Below are positions 18,067 through 28,163 of a stretch of 49,354 nucleotides of DNA, piece by piece. The stretch's first letter is position 1. Every line of letters begins with the position of its first letter. Both the position numbers and the translations under genes were made by a program. The stretch comes from a virus (taxonomy: Duplodnaviria > Caudoviricetes), in IMG/VR virus record IMGVR_UViG_3300048849_000167, positions 1 to 49,354 of that record; one strand, 5' to 3'. Below the pieces are notes generated by a model. It was not told the origin of the DNA. It made no database searches and saw only the letters and a program-made list of their open reading frames with translations.

Positions 18067-20484
18067 ATGGCCGCCACTAGCGAAGACCTTGCTCGCCTAC
18101 TCGTTTCGATCGAGTTCACGCAGAAGCAGAGCATGAAACAGTTGGCGGCCATTGCGAAAGCAGGCGGCGACACCGCTCAAGGGATCGAGACTCGGTTCCA
18201 GAAGGCGAACGACAATGTCGGCAAGAGTTTCGAGGCGACTGGGAAAAAGGTCGTTGTCTCTGTAGGGCAGCAGCGTGCTGCAGTACAGAACCTATCGTTC
18301 CAGTTGAACGATATTGCTACATCGTTGTCTGGTGGCGCATCGCCATTTCAAGTGATGATGCAGCAGGGAAGCCAGGTCGCGCAAGCTCTCGGGTCCACCG
18401 GCGGCGGTCTGGGTGGCGTTGTTAGGACGCTTGGCGGTGCTTTTTCCACCATGGCCAATCCTATCTCTATCGCATCGTTCGCTCTCATCGGGTTGACCGG
18501 ATATGCCATCCAATATTTTTCAAGCTGGCTAAACGATGGCAAGCGCACCAGTGAAGAGATTGAGAAGCAGGCCGGTTTAGTTCAAAAAGTGGCCGAGAGC
18601 TACGGAGCAATCGTCCCGGCCTTGCGGGAGTATGCAGACGAGTTGAAGCGTGCGTCCGATTCAGCTGATCGGCTTGGAGCGCTGAAGGCAACCCGCTCCA
18701 ACGTTACCGAGGGTTTCGCGCAGGAGTTCAATAAGACCACCGAATCTATCCTCGGTATTGTCAGCGCCGTTCCTGACGCCAATCGTGAGTTTGGCGTCCT
18801 GGCATCGAAGATCGCCTCGAATTCGCAAACGGCCGAAGATTTCCAGCGTGTCATAGATGCGCTTAACGTTGCTTTCGAACAGACCGGGTCCAAATCAGTA
18901 AGTGCCGCCGTTCTGGGACTTCAGAGCCTTCAGAAGGCATCCGAGCGCACGTCGGAAGCCCTTGCAAGCGTTGACGGCAGCATGAAGGCCATCGACCTGT
19001 CGATGGAGCAGCTCAAGGACATTTCCTTGGGCCTCACTAGCCAGTTGATCGGTCTTGGGTCCAGCGGTTCCGGTGCAATAAAGCAAATTGCCGATGCGGT
19101 CGGATCCTACCTCGGGCCTGCTTTGGGTAAGGCGTCCGGCGTTCTCGACACGATGGGTAAGACCCTCGATACGGTCGGAAAGTCTCAAGGTGCGTCGTCC
19201 GGCCTTATCAAAGGTTTTGAGGGTTTTCGACCGGACGCCTATTGGGACGTAAACGCCTACCGTACAGGCTTTGGAAGCGACACAACCACCCGCTCGGACG
19301 GCACCATTGAAAAGGTGACGAAGGAGACGATGGTCACGCTTGAGGATGCCGAGCGAGATCTGTCTCGCCGCATTGTCGAGTTTCAAAGCGGTGTCCAGCG
19401 CTCAATCGGCATAGACACGTGGCGCAGCCTTTCGGAGGCGCAGCAGGCCGCGTTGACCTCGATAGCCTACAATTACGGCTCTCTGCCGGATGCCATCGTG
19501 ACGGCAATCAAGAGCGGAGGCGGGCCGGAGAAGGTGGCTCAGGCGATTGCGGCGCTGAGCTCCAATCCTGGGCGGCGCAAGCAGGAGGCAGAGACATATC
19601 TGTCTGGAACTGGCGTCTCAATGAGCGATGCCGGCCTCGGCAGTAACAAAAAATCGCCAGCCGAATTGTTCAATGGCGACGTCGCGCAAGTTCAGAAGCG
19701 CATCGACTTGATGAACGCCGAGTATGAGGCGCAGGCAAAACTGAACCCGCTCGTCTCCGATTATGGATACGAAGTCGAAAAGGCTAAAATTCAGCAGCAA
19801 CTTCTGTCGGAAGCGCAGAAGGCGGGACTTGAGATCACGCCGGAGATCGCCGAGAGCATCGGGACTCTGGCGGAAAACTACGCTCGAGCGTCTGTCGCTG
19901 GCGAACAACTGAAGGTATCGCAGGACCGCATCAAGCAGTCGTCCGACGAATGGAAGTCGACAGCCAAAGACGTCACAAGCGGGTTTATCAATGATCTGCG
20001 GAATGGCGTCTCCGCTGCTGATGCACTTTCCAATGCGCTCGACAAGGTCGTCGACAAGCTCCTCGACGTAGCCCTCAATAGCGTCTTTGGCGGTGGTGGC
20101 GGCGGAATCGGCGGGGCTATCGGCTCACTGTTTGGTTTTGCAAGCGGCGGTGTTGCTGCCCACGGACGCCCCCAACCTATGAAGACTTTCGCTCGCGGCG
20201 GGGTGTCTAACTCTGCGGCCATATTTGGCGAAGCGGGTCCGGAAGCGGCTGTACCTCTCCCCGACGGGCGGCATATCCCGGTGAAGATCAAGGAGCCGTC
20301 TGTCATGCGTCGATCCTCCGCCGGCAACAGCACCTTCGCCCCCGTCTACAACATCGATGCCCGCGGTGCGGACCAGGCTGCTGTGGCCCGCCTCGAGCGC
20401 GGCCTGCAACAGCGCGACAGCACCGAGAGCAAGCGCGTCTCCGGACGCCTGCACCAGCAGGATACGAGAAAGGTTAGACCATGA
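18067..20484 (+). CDS. tape measure protein with internal lysozyme-like domain
   Basis: NLSFQLNDI..QQGSQ TMP motif; IKGFEGF..AYWD..GFG and ALTSIAYNYG lysozyme motifs; FASGG/GEAGPEA C-terminus. Confidence 0.92.
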   Translation: MAATSEDLARLLVSIEFTQKQSMKQLAAIAKAGGDTAQGIETRFQKANDNVGKSFEATGKKVVVSVGQQRAAVQNLSFQLNDIATSLSGGASPFQVMMQQGSQVAQALGSTGGGLGGVVRTLGGAFSTMANPISIASFALIGLTGYAIQYFSSWLNDGKRTSEEIEKQAGLVQKVAESYGAIVPALREYADELKRASDSADRLGALKATRSNVTEGFAQEFNKTTESILGIVSAVPDANREFGVLASKIASNSQTAEDFQRVIDALNVAFEQTGSKSVSAAVLGLQSLQKASERTSEALASVDGSMKAIDLSMEQLKDISLGLTSQLIGLGSSGSGAIKQIADAVGSYLGPALGKASGVLDTMGKTLDTVGKSQGASSGLIKGFEGFRPDAYWDVNAYRTGFGSDTTTRSDGTIEKVTKETMVTLEDAERDLSRRIVEFQSGVQRSIGIDTWRSLSEAQQAALTSIAYNYGSLPDAIVTAIKSGGGPEKVAQAIAALSSNPGRRKQEAETYLSGTGVSMSDAGLGSNKKSPAELFNGDVAQVQKRIDLMNAEYEAQAKLNPLVSDYGYEVEKAKIQQQLLSEAQKAGLEITPEIAESIGTLAENYARASVAGEQLKVSQDRIKQSSDEWKSTAKDVTSGFINDLRNGVSAADALSNALDKVVDKLLDVALNSVFGGGGGGIGGAIGSLFGFASGGVAAHGRPQPMKTFARGGVSNSAAIFGEAGPEAAVPLPDGRHIPVKIKEPSVMRRSSAGNSTFAPVYNIDARGADQAAVARLERGLQQRDSTESKRVSGRLHQQDTRKVRP

Positions 20485-20711
20485 ATGACGTGTACTACAT
20501 TAGCCAGGATGGTCCGAACTACGCGCATTTCGAGCGTGCCAAGGAGGCGGCTTCTGGATATCTTCGGGATCTCGGCGAAGTAGCCAAAGCCGAGCCACGG
20601 TGGGACACCGAAGGCAACCCCACTCCTGAGCTTATTGATGCCTTCCATAGAATGCACCCGGCCATCGGCGAGGGGTCGTGCTGGCCGGTTAGTCGCGGAG
20701 TTGGGTCCTAA
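20481..20711 (+). CDS. hypothetical protein
   Basis: start overlaps TMP stop (ATGA). Confidence 0.5.
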   Translation: MNDVYYISQDGPNYAHFERAKEAASGYLRDLGEVAKAEPRWDTEGNPTPELIDAFHRMHPAIGEGSCWPVSRGVGS

Positions 20712-20937
20712 AAAGATCCAGGTGCTGGACGGCGCTTTTGATCACACGGTTTTGGATACCCGTTACCGACTGCTCCAAAAACCTCCCGTCAGCCGAGAGT
20801 AGCACGTTCGCCCTGCGGAGGTCCTCTTCGGTCAACTCACTTTTCACGACGAGAAGAGCCGTCAGTGCGGCGACCTTGCCTTCTAGCTGATCTATGCGCT
20901 CAGCAAGATCCTTCACCGAAATACCACCCTCTGTCAT
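20689..20937 (-). CDS. hypothetical protein (moron, antisense to tail operon)
   Basis: GGAGGAG RBS, 82 aa, helical. Confidence 0.65.
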   Translation of the reverse strand: MTEGGISVKDLAERIDQLEGKVAALTALLVVKSELTEEDLRRANVLLSADGRFLEQSVTGIQNRVIKSAVQHLDLFRTQLRD

Positions 20938-21016
20938 CGCGAATCTCCTCCTGCGGTTGCTCCGTCATCGAAGCACACCGCTGGCCGGGTGTCGATGCGC
21001 ACTTTTCGGAGCCGCA

Positions 21017-21739
21017 ATGGCAAGACTGCTTTCATGGCCTCACGGCCTTCGTTGGAACCGTTGGAAATGGCTCTCCGGACCTGAAGCGGTTGGCGCATCT
21101 GCCGACACGACGATCGGCGACTTCACGCAGACCATCGCGACGCCTTTTGGTGCGCGGCATATTCAACTTTCCTTCCCGCCCATGCGGGGGCGAATTGCGC
21201 GCAGGGCGAGGGGGCTGGTTACTGCGCTCCACAAAGGCGCGAATGCAGTTCGCCTCCCCATGTGTGACTGGGATGGCCTGCCATACGGCGAGGCCGGAGT
21301 GCAGGCGACGCGCCGGCAACTGCAAGAGGGGAAGACCTGGAACAACGGCAAGCCGTGGAATAACGGCCAGACTTGGAAAATTACGAAGCCCAACGCACCC
21401 GTAACGGTAGCGGCGGGTCTAGGCGCCACTATTGTGTCTCTTGCTGACGAATTCTGGGGCCATGAACTTGGGATGGGCGACTGGATCGGGTTCTTCCCGC
21501 TTCACTTCGGTCAATATGAAATCACGCAGGTGATATCGGCGGGGCAATATCGGATCTGGCCGCCATTGCGCGGTGCTCTGGCCGTCGGTGACTATGCAAC
21601 GCTTTACCCGGTGATGGCGATGCGACTGAAGGCCGACAATCTCCCCGACGCAGACCGCGGCCCGGCGTTTCTTGAGGGTCTGACGATCTCTCTCTTCGAA
21701 ACGTTCGACTACGACGTTCGTCAGTATTTCACGGATTGA
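21017..21739 (+). CDS. distal tail protein-like
   Basis: GGAG RBS; follows TMP; RIWPPLR motif. Confidence 0.7.
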   Translation: MARLLSWPHGLRWNRWKWLSGPEAVGASADTTIGDFTQTIATPFGARHIQLSFPPMRGRIARRARGLVTALHKGANAVRLPMCDWDGLPYGEAGVQATRRQLQEGKTWNNGKPWNNGQTWKITKPNAPVTVAAGLGATIVSLADEFWGHELGMGDWIGFFPLHFGQYEITQVISAGQYRIWPPLRGALAVGDYATLYPVMAMRLKADNLPDADRGPAFLEGLTISLFETFDYDVRQYFTD

Positions 21740-21815
21740 TCGCAGCCAGTTGAAGTCGGCGCGGCTTGCCGCCCTCGTGCTTCTTCGTCCGCCAACTCAT
21801 AATCGACGGTGATTG

Positions 21816-22397
21816 ATGTCATCCACCTTTTCAGAGGACGACCGCGCATTCTTGCGTCGTCCGCACATCTCTCGTGTCTGGTTCGCGGAGCTCGATCTGC
21901 CGTCCGGCTTGTCGCGCATGCACAGCGGCGCTGGCCGTGTTTATGTCGGGGGCCATGAGTGGTTCGGCATCACGGATCCCGGCGGGCAGCAATTGGTGTC
22001 GATCGGGGCTGTTGAGGAGCCTCGTTTCGGCGTCGCCGCCAAGCTGGATATCGTCATTTCCGGCGTGAACGTCGCGTTTCTTCGCTCTGTCAAGGACGCC
22101 GCTCGAGAGATCGAGGGCCGACGCGCTGACATTTTCTGGTGCGCCTTCGATCAGGAGACCGCCGAGCCTTGGGGCGGCGGCATGAAGAAGCTGTGGCCGG
22201 GCAAACTGTCGTCTCCTGTCCTTCGGTGGGCAGGCTCCGGCGTCCGAACGATATCGTTCTCGATCGAGGGGCCTTGGCAAAGCCAAAGCTACCCGTTCGG
22301 CGGCAAGTGGAATCCCGCCGACCAGCGCCGTCGCTATCCTGGCGACAAGGGCTTGGACTTCGTCGGCGTCAAGGTTCAGGAGCTCATCAAGGCATGA
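21816..22397 (+). CDS. tail tip / baseplate protein
   Basis: HSGAG..W.G and DQRRRYPGDKGLDFV motifs. Confidence 0.75.
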   Translation: MSSTFSEDDRAFLRRPHISRVWFAELDLPSGLSRMHSGAGRVYVGGHEWFGITDPGGQQLVSIGAVEEPRFGVAAKLDIVISGVNVAFLRSVKDAAREIEGRRADIFWCAFDQETAEPWGGGMKKLWPGKLSSPVLRWAGSGVRTISFSIEGPWQSQSYPFGGKWNPADQRRRYPGDKGLDFVGVKVQELIKA

Positions 22398-22819
22398 ACC
22401 GCTTCACATCGGATGAGTTGGCCTTGCGTGCGAACGCCTATGCCGAGGCCGCCATGGAGCAAACGACGGTCTGGGGCGAGAGCGACTGCACGGCATGGTC
22501 CCGCAAGTGGGTGGAAACCACCCTTGGGCGGCGGATGTCCCTCCCGAAGTGGTCATCGCGCGAAGAGGCTATCGTTCATATCGAGCGAGCTGGTTCGCTG
22601 GTGAACCTGTGGTCGAAAGCGCTTGATTCGTTCGGGCTATTCGAACGCTACGACGACCCTCAGCCGGGCGATGTCGGCATTCTCAACACCCATTACGCCG
22701 GCCAAATCGGCGGCATTTTCCTTAACCACGGGATATTCGCCTGGCGGGCAGAGCCTGTCGGAGCGCGCCTTCTCAGGCCGCGTCAACGCACCATTGTCAA
22801 GGTTTGGGCTCTGCAGTGA
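22394..22819 (+). CDS. NlpC/P60-like tail-tip protein
   Basis: WGESDCT, PQPGDVG. Confidence 0.72.
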   Translation: MNRFTSDELALRANAYAEAAMEQTTVWGESDCTAWSRKWVETTLGRRMSLPKWSSREEAIVHIERAGSLVNLWSKALDSFGLFERYDDPQPGDVGILNTHYAGQIGGIFLNHGIFAWRAEPVGARLLRPRQRTIVKVWALQ

Positions 22820-24942
22820 GATTTCTAAAGTTGGTGATGTTGTCGTCTGCCGCATACGCAGCAGCGACGATGCCCGCGCACGCGGAGCCTATCAGTTTCG
22901 CGATTTTCAGCGCCCTCTATACGATCGGGATTCCCGGCGCGATTGCCAATGCGATTTCCCTTATCGCCGTCCCGGCTCTGGCCGTCGGTGCATCGCTTGC
23001 GCTTGGCGCAAGAAGGGCGCCTAGCATCAAGGCTTCTGACGCCAAGAGCACCTTTGAATCTGCCGAGGCGCAGGTCATGGAGGGCATTGGTCGCGTACGT
23101 GTTGGAGGGCTAAAGGCTTACGGCAATTCGGATGGATCCACGCGCGCTCGTCTGGTCTGCCGACTTCAGGGGCCGATCGACGCCGTCGAGGAATATTACA
23201 TCGGCGGACGAGAGGTTACTGTCGATTCCAACGGAGACGTCAGCTCACCCCCTTGGGCGCGCCCCGACGGATCGTGGGCCAACTGGAAAGACAAGTCTGG
23301 GACTGGCGACGAGACGGCATGGGCCGGCCTCATGTCCTTGTTTCCGACGCTCTGGACGGCTGATCACCGCGTCCGCGGCATCGCTCAGTCCCTCATTCTT
23401 TGGTACAATCCGGGCCTTGAGGAAACCAAATATTTTACCCTCTATCAGGGCGGCATTCCGGAAACGGAGCAAGTCGTTCGGGCCGCCAAGATCTACGACC
23501 CGCGGACTGGCGCAACAGCGTGGAGCGACAACGGCATTCTGGCCTGCGCTCACGTTCTTCGTCGCGACCCAGCGTTCACATATGCGATGTTCGACTGGGA
23601 TCTGATCGCCTCGGAGGCAGGCAGGGCTGACACGCTCGTCGCCACAAAAACGGGCACGGAGAAGCGCGCAAGGGCTTGGGGAATCTGGGGACTAGAGACG
23701 GCCCGAATGGACGTCATGCAGCAGTTGATGGACTCCATCGGCGCAGAGCTACGGTTTACGAATGAGGGCAAGATCTGGTTCCAACTGATCGATGATACCC
23801 ATGTTTCGGAAATCGATTTCACACCACTTGATGGTTATGAGGTCACCTGGCGCAGTGGACCAGAGGCGGTCGAGCGTCCGAATATCTGCCGGGTTAACTA
23901 CTATTCGCCGGAGAGAAACTACGAGTCCGCTGAGATCGACATGGCCAGCGTAAGTTGGGCATTCGTCGAGGATGAGATCACCCGCTACGGGCCAAAATAC
24001 TTCGACATTGATCTGACATTCTGCCCCTCTGCAAGCCAGGCTCAACGCATCGCGCGTCGGAAGTTTGCGCAGGCGAGGGCGGATACCGGCGTGCTGAATG
24101 CTGACATGGTCGGGCTTGCGGCATGGGGTCTTCTTCGCGCATCAGTCACGCTTCCGGATCTTGGCGACGTCCTGCCGGTTCGGATGGAGGCGCCCCGCAT
24201 CAACGACGATCAGGGCATGGTCGAGATACCTTTCTTCGTCTGGCCTTCGCTGCCGGCATGGAATCCTGTGTCAGATGAAGCGGTAGCGCCGGAGATCATT
24301 CCTGATTTCGGGTTCGAGACGGATCTTATCACTCCCAATCCGCCGACTTCGACCATACAAATCACCTACCCAGGTGGCGGTAAGGAAGTCCGCATTACCT
24401 ATGCTTTGCCTGCTCAGGACTTCGACACGACCGAGGCCAACTACCGGAGCTATTCTCTCGGCTTGCCGAACCCATGGCAAGGCATGACCGAGGTCGGCGA
24501 GACGCTGGCCTACGCAACTGCCGACTTGCTTGGGCAGACCATTGACGCTCGAGTGCGCGTGTTCAATGGCGATGATGGCTCTTATTTCTCAGCCGCGGCT
24601 TCGTTGGTTGTCGCTACAGACAATACGGCCTGCGGAACACCAACGCTGGATTCTGGCGGCGTCGACGGCGCTTCGCTTGCTGCCAATATTTCCGTGTCGG
24701 AACTCAGGGCGGCATATATCAGCCTTGAGCGCCGGACAAAACCAACGGCAGGCAGTTTCAGCGTCTGGTCACTTATCAGCCAGTTGAGTGCTCGCCCTGG
24801 GACAAGCATCCTTGTCACGGACTCTGTCTCATTCGGTTCGACCGGAGGTGACGTAGAGTGGCGCCTTCAGACGCATACGAGCAATGGCACTGGCGGCACT
24901 TACCGCAACTTTTCTGGCTCTGAGCCCGACACTAGCGGCTGA
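22816..24942 (+). CDS. central tail hub / host-specificity (gpJ-like) protein
   Basis: GRVRVGG, HRVRGIA, KIYDPR..AWSDN, SQAQRIA. Confidence 0.85.
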   Translation: MRFLKLVMLSSAAYAAATMPAHAEPISFAIFSALYTIGIPGAIANAISLIAVPALAVGASLALGARRAPSIKASDAKSTFESAEAQVMEGIGRVRVGGLKAYGNSDGSTRARLVCRLQGPIDAVEEYYIGGREVTVDSNGDVSSPPWARPDGSWANWKDKSGTGDETAWAGLMSLFPTLWTADHRVRGIAQSLILWYNPGLEETKYFTLYQGGIPETEQVVRAAKIYDPRTGATAWSDNGILACAHVLRRDPAFTYAMFDWDLIASEAGRADTLVATKTGTEKRARAWGIWGLETARMDVMQQLMDSIGAELRFTNEGKIWFQLIDDTHVSEIDFTPLDGYEVTWRSGPEAVERPNICRVNYYSPERNYESAEIDMASVSWAFVEDEITRYGPKYFDIDLTFCPSASQAQRIARRKFAQARADTGVLNADMVGLAAWGLLRASVTLPDLGDVLPVRMEAPRINDDQGMVEIPFFVWPSLPAWNPVSDEAVAPEIIPDFGFETDLITPNPPTSTIQITYPGGGKEVRITYALPAQDFDTTEANYRSYSLGLPNPWQGMTEVGETLAYATADLLGQTIDARVRVFNGDDGSYFSAAASLVVATDNTACGTPTLDSGGVDGASLAANISVSELRAAYISLERRTKPTAGSFSVWSLISQLSARPGTSILVTDSVSFGSTGGDVEWRLQTHTSNGTGGTYRNFSGSEPDTSG

Positions 24943-24969
24943 TTTCTAACAACTCAAAAGGAATTCTAA

Positions 24970-26475
24970 ATGTCGCTCGTTTTGACCAAGGTCGGCGAAG
25001 AAGTCTTTGCGCCTACTGATGGGTTGGGCGTCCCACGCAGCCCTAGCCTGCAAGAGGCACAGGTGTGGTCCACCGAGATCGAGGATACGCTCGCTACCGC
25101 CGCGCAGACCAATGCTGACGGTGGCATCACCTCCCACTCTACAACAACAACCCAAAACTGGGACAACGGGCTTTACGGGGGGCCTTTCCTCGCTGCCTAC
25201 CGCCTCTCCAGCGCGGACGATGCGTTATTCAATGGTTCTCGTGCGACATTTGCCGTCGACCGCAAGGTGCAGGGCAGCGGTACCAATGGCCCCGCATATG
25301 CGGACTTGGCAGCGTACCTTTCGGTTTCGAAGAAAAACTATTACACCAACCCCACGCAAGGCGAGATCGACGGCCTCGAGATCTTCGTCGGTCAGAGCCA
25401 ACTAGGCGATGCCGGCGGCATCCTGGTTGATTTGGAGAAGGTCGGAGGTTCCACTGGCGCTGGTGTGGGAGTAGAGACTGCGGTCAAAAAGATCGATAAT
25501 ACCGGCGCGACTGCACAGCGGATTCAGTCAATTGTGAATTTCGGAGTGGAAAGCCCAGGTGGGCCGTCCATCAGCACGGGTTACGGATATTGGACAGAGG
25601 CTGAAATTGGTGGCGTCTATTCAGCCTTCCATGCCGATCAATCCAAAGCCGCAACCGGCGCTCTCTGGCAGAACCTTATGACGTTCTGCGAGGACCGTGA
25701 TGCGGCGAAAATGATTTATCGGATTGATGGATCCGGGCACGTGTTGACGAAGCCAGGCACCCAGGGCTCTCCGGCGTACAGTTTCCTGCTCGATCCAGAC
25801 ACGGGCTTGTACCGCCTAGGGGCAGATCAGGTCGGTCTGTCCACAGGCGGCGCGGTTCGGGTCTACGCGGCGAACTCCGGGGTCATCCCGGGCGCCGACA
25901 ACGCTTACACGCTTGGTGCGGCGACCGTCGGCCGGTGGTCGAACATCTACACCGTCAACGCTGTCACCGTCGGTTCGGACCGCCGGCTGAAGACCGAGAT
26001 CATCGATACCCCGCTTGGTCTGGACTTCATCCTGGCTCTCCGTCCGAAAGCCTACAAGCTTCTGCACGGCGGCACGGAAATCCAGATGGTCGACGAAGAG
26101 GTCGAAGTTGAGGAAGCCATCCTCGACGCCAATGGCGAGCCGGTCTGCGATCGGGTTCCGTACATCGATGCCAAGGGCAAGGAAGCCGTCCGACTCGTAC
26201 CGCAGATGCAGACCGTCACAAAGGTGGTTCAGCGTCCTGTCGAGGTCAAAGTCCCCGGCAAACGCCAGCACTTCGGTCTGATTGCTCAGGAAGTTCTCGA
26301 GGCGCTCAACGGCGTAGACTTCGGCGGCCATGTGCTGGCCGACAAAGACGACCCAGACAGCCAGCAGTCGCTGCGCTACGAGCAGTTCATTCCCATCTTG
26401 ATCAAGGCTGTTCAGGAACTGAAGGCCGCCAACGACAATTTGGCTGCCGAGGTGGCGGTGCTCAGGCGTCCCTAA
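24970..26475 (+). CDS. tail fiber with peptidase S74 intramolecular chaperone
   Basis: SDRRLKTEI cleavage motif, HFGLIAQEV, LRYEQFIPILIKAVQEL. Confidence 0.9.
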   Translation: MSLVLTKVGEEVFAPTDGLGVPRSPSLQEAQVWSTEIEDTLATAAQTNADGGITSHSTTTTQNWDNGLYGGPFLAAYRLSSADDALFNGSRATFAVDRKVQGSGTNGPAYADLAAYLSVSKKNYYTNPTQGEIDGLEIFVGQSQLGDAGGILVDLEKVGGSTGAGVGVETAVKKIDNTGATAQRIQSIVNFGVESPGGPSISTGYGYWTEAEIGGVYSAFHADQSKAATGALWQNLMTFCEDRDAAKMIYRIDGSGHVLTKPGTQGSPAYSFLLDPDTGLYRLGADQVGLSTGGAVRVYAANSGVIPGADNAYTLGAATVGRWSNIYTVNAVTVGSDRRLKTEIIDTPLGLDFILALRPKAYKLLHGGTEIQMVDEEVEVEEAILDANGEPVCDRVPYIDAKGKEAVRLVPQMQTVTKVVQRPVEVKVPGKRQHFGLIAQEVLEALNGVDFGGHVLADKDDPDSQQSLRYEQFIPILIKAVQELKAANDNLAAEVAVLRRP

Positions 26476-26596
26476 CGGCGACTCCAGGTGTCGTGGACAT
26501 CAGAGTCCATTCCTAAAAGTTGCACTGCGCACTTCCTAAAAACACACCCACACCCGCCGGGCGGCTTTCGCGCGCCTACCAACTGACGGAGCCACG

Positions 26597-27433
26597 ATGG
26601 CTAAGGCAACCCTACCAATCGCGCTGGACCTGATGTTCGGCCACGAGGGCGGCTATTCCGACTCCAAGACGGACAGTGGCGGCCCGACCAAATACGGGAT
26701 TACCCACAAGACCTTGGCCGCATCACGCGGCGTGAAGTCGGTCACCGCCGCGCAAGTAATGGCGCTGACGCTTTCCGAAGCGACTGCAATCTATCAGCGT
26801 TCCTATTGGGGGCAGGCCGGCGGCGATGTTCTGCCGGCTGGTCTCGACTATGCGGCCTTCGACTTCGGTGTGAACAGCGGACCTACCCGTTCCATCAAGT
26901 CGCTGCAGGCCGTGCTGGCCTCCGCAGGCGCCTACAAGGGCGAGATTGATGGACACTGCGGAGAGCAGACCGTCGCCGCTGTAGGGGCTTATCCTGGCGG
27001 CGTGCGCATGCTGATTATCGCCTTCTGCGAAGAGCGGATGCGGTTCCTGCGTTCGCTCGGCGGCAAGCAAGGCTTTGGCCCGAACGGTCGCGGATGGACG
27101 ATCCGGGTGACTGGCAAGGATCCGCTTAAGAAGTGGAAAGACCAGCCTGGCGTCGTCGGCAATGCACTGAGGCTGGCCGCCCCGGCTGGACCGAAGCCAA
27201 AGACGGTTGACGCTCCGGTCGAGGCTTCCGCCAAGGCCGACCAGAAAAGCGTTGGCCTGCCGGAAATCCTCAAGAAGCCAGAAGCATGGGGGCCGCTAGG
27301 CGGGCTTCTGTCCGCAGGGGGCGCACTATTCGCCGGCAGTGGTCCGCTACAGTGGGCTCTTGCCATTGCGCTTGTCGCAGGCGTTGGCGTCGGCCTCTGG
27401 TATCTCGTGCGGCGCGTAAGGAGCAACGGATGA
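26597..27433 (+). CDS. endolysin, glycoside hydrolase family 108, with C-terminal membrane segments
   Basis: HEGGYS..DSGGPTKYGIT, FDFGVNSG, GWT.R. Confidence 0.9.
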   Translation: MAKATLPIALDLMFGHEGGYSDSKTDSGGPTKYGITHKTLAASRGVKSVTAAQVMALTLSEATAIYQRSYWGQAGGDVLPAGLDYAAFDFGVNSGPTRSIKSLQAVLASAGAYKGEIDGHCGEQTVAAVGAYPGGVRMLIIAFCEERMRFLRSLGGKQGFGPNGRGWTIRVTGKDPLKKWKDQPGVVGNALRLAAPAGPKPKTVDAPVEASAKADQKSVGLPEILKKPEAWGPLGGLLSAGGALFAGSGPLQWALAIALVAGVGVGLWYLVRRVRSNG

Positions 27434-27684
27434 CACTATTTTTTGCTGCCCTTTGGGGCAGGGCGTCCGGTTGGCTTGCTGCCGTCGGCGTGGCTTTCGC
27501 GATCGTCGCGGGAGCCTTTTTTTATGGCCGCTCAGACGGCAAGTCCGATGCAGAAGCGGAGCGGGCAAAGGCAGACGCGAAAGCGGTCAAGCAGGCAAAG
27601 GGCGTAGAAGATGAGATTCAAAACATGGGTGGCACTGACGTTGACGCTGCTTTGTCTAAGTGGATGCGTGACGGCAAGCGGTAA
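27430..27684 (+). CDS. inner-membrane spanin (Rz-like)
   Basis: N-terminal TM helix plus periplasmic coiled segment; follows endolysin. Confidence 0.7.
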   Translation: MTLFFAALWGRASGWLAAVGVAFAIVAGAFFYGRSDGKSDAEAERAKADAKAVKQAKGVEDEIQNMGGTDVDAALSKWMRDGKR

Positions 27685-27805
27685 CTACTGCGACGTCGCG
27701 CGTGCCATTCGTCCTTCAGTCATTGACCAGATGTCTGAAGGCACCAAGCGACAGATTCTGACCGAGAACGAAAAGTTCGCGAAGCTTTGCGGGATCAAGG
27801 CATGA
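27611..27805 (+). CDS. outer-membrane spanin lipoprotein (Rz1-like)
   Basis: lipobox LLCLSG-C; overlaps the Rz-like gene in another frame. Confidence 0.75.
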   Translation: MRFKTWVALTLTLLCLSGCVTASGNYCDVARAIRPSVIDQMSEGTKRQILTENEKFAKLCGIKA

Positions 27806-28146
27806 CCGGCGCTATCACCTGGGAGCAGGTACTTTTCTTCCTCGGCCTGCTCGGCACGGTGGCTGGCGTCTGGTGGAGGATCGAAGGCCGCGTTGACCGC
27901 GCCAAGGCTGAAGCCATTGAGAAAGCCACGCTGGCCGCCAAGGAAGCCGCCGACGTGCGAGCCGACCTCGCCACCCTCCGCCTGCATGTAGCCGAGTTCT
28001 ACGTCTCCAAGCAGGGGCTTCGCGAGACAAAAGACGAGATCATGGACGCGATCCACGGCGTGAAAGCGGCGGTGGACCACATGGTCGTGCGCGTCAATCG
28101 CGTCGTCGAAAACCAGACCAAGCCCGTTCCGGTTAGTCGCACCTAA
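27802..28146 (+). CDS. single-TM protein, possible holin/lysis accessory
   Basis: N-terminal TM and coiled coil; in lysis cluster. Confidence 0.55.
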   Translation: MTGAITWEQVLFFLGLLGTVAGVWWRIEGRVDRAKAEAIEKATLAAKEAADVRADLATLRLHVAEFYVSKQGLRETKDEIMDAIHGVKAAVDHMVVRVNRVVENQTKPVPVSRT

Positions 28147-28163
28147 AATCCAAGGAGGCCGCC

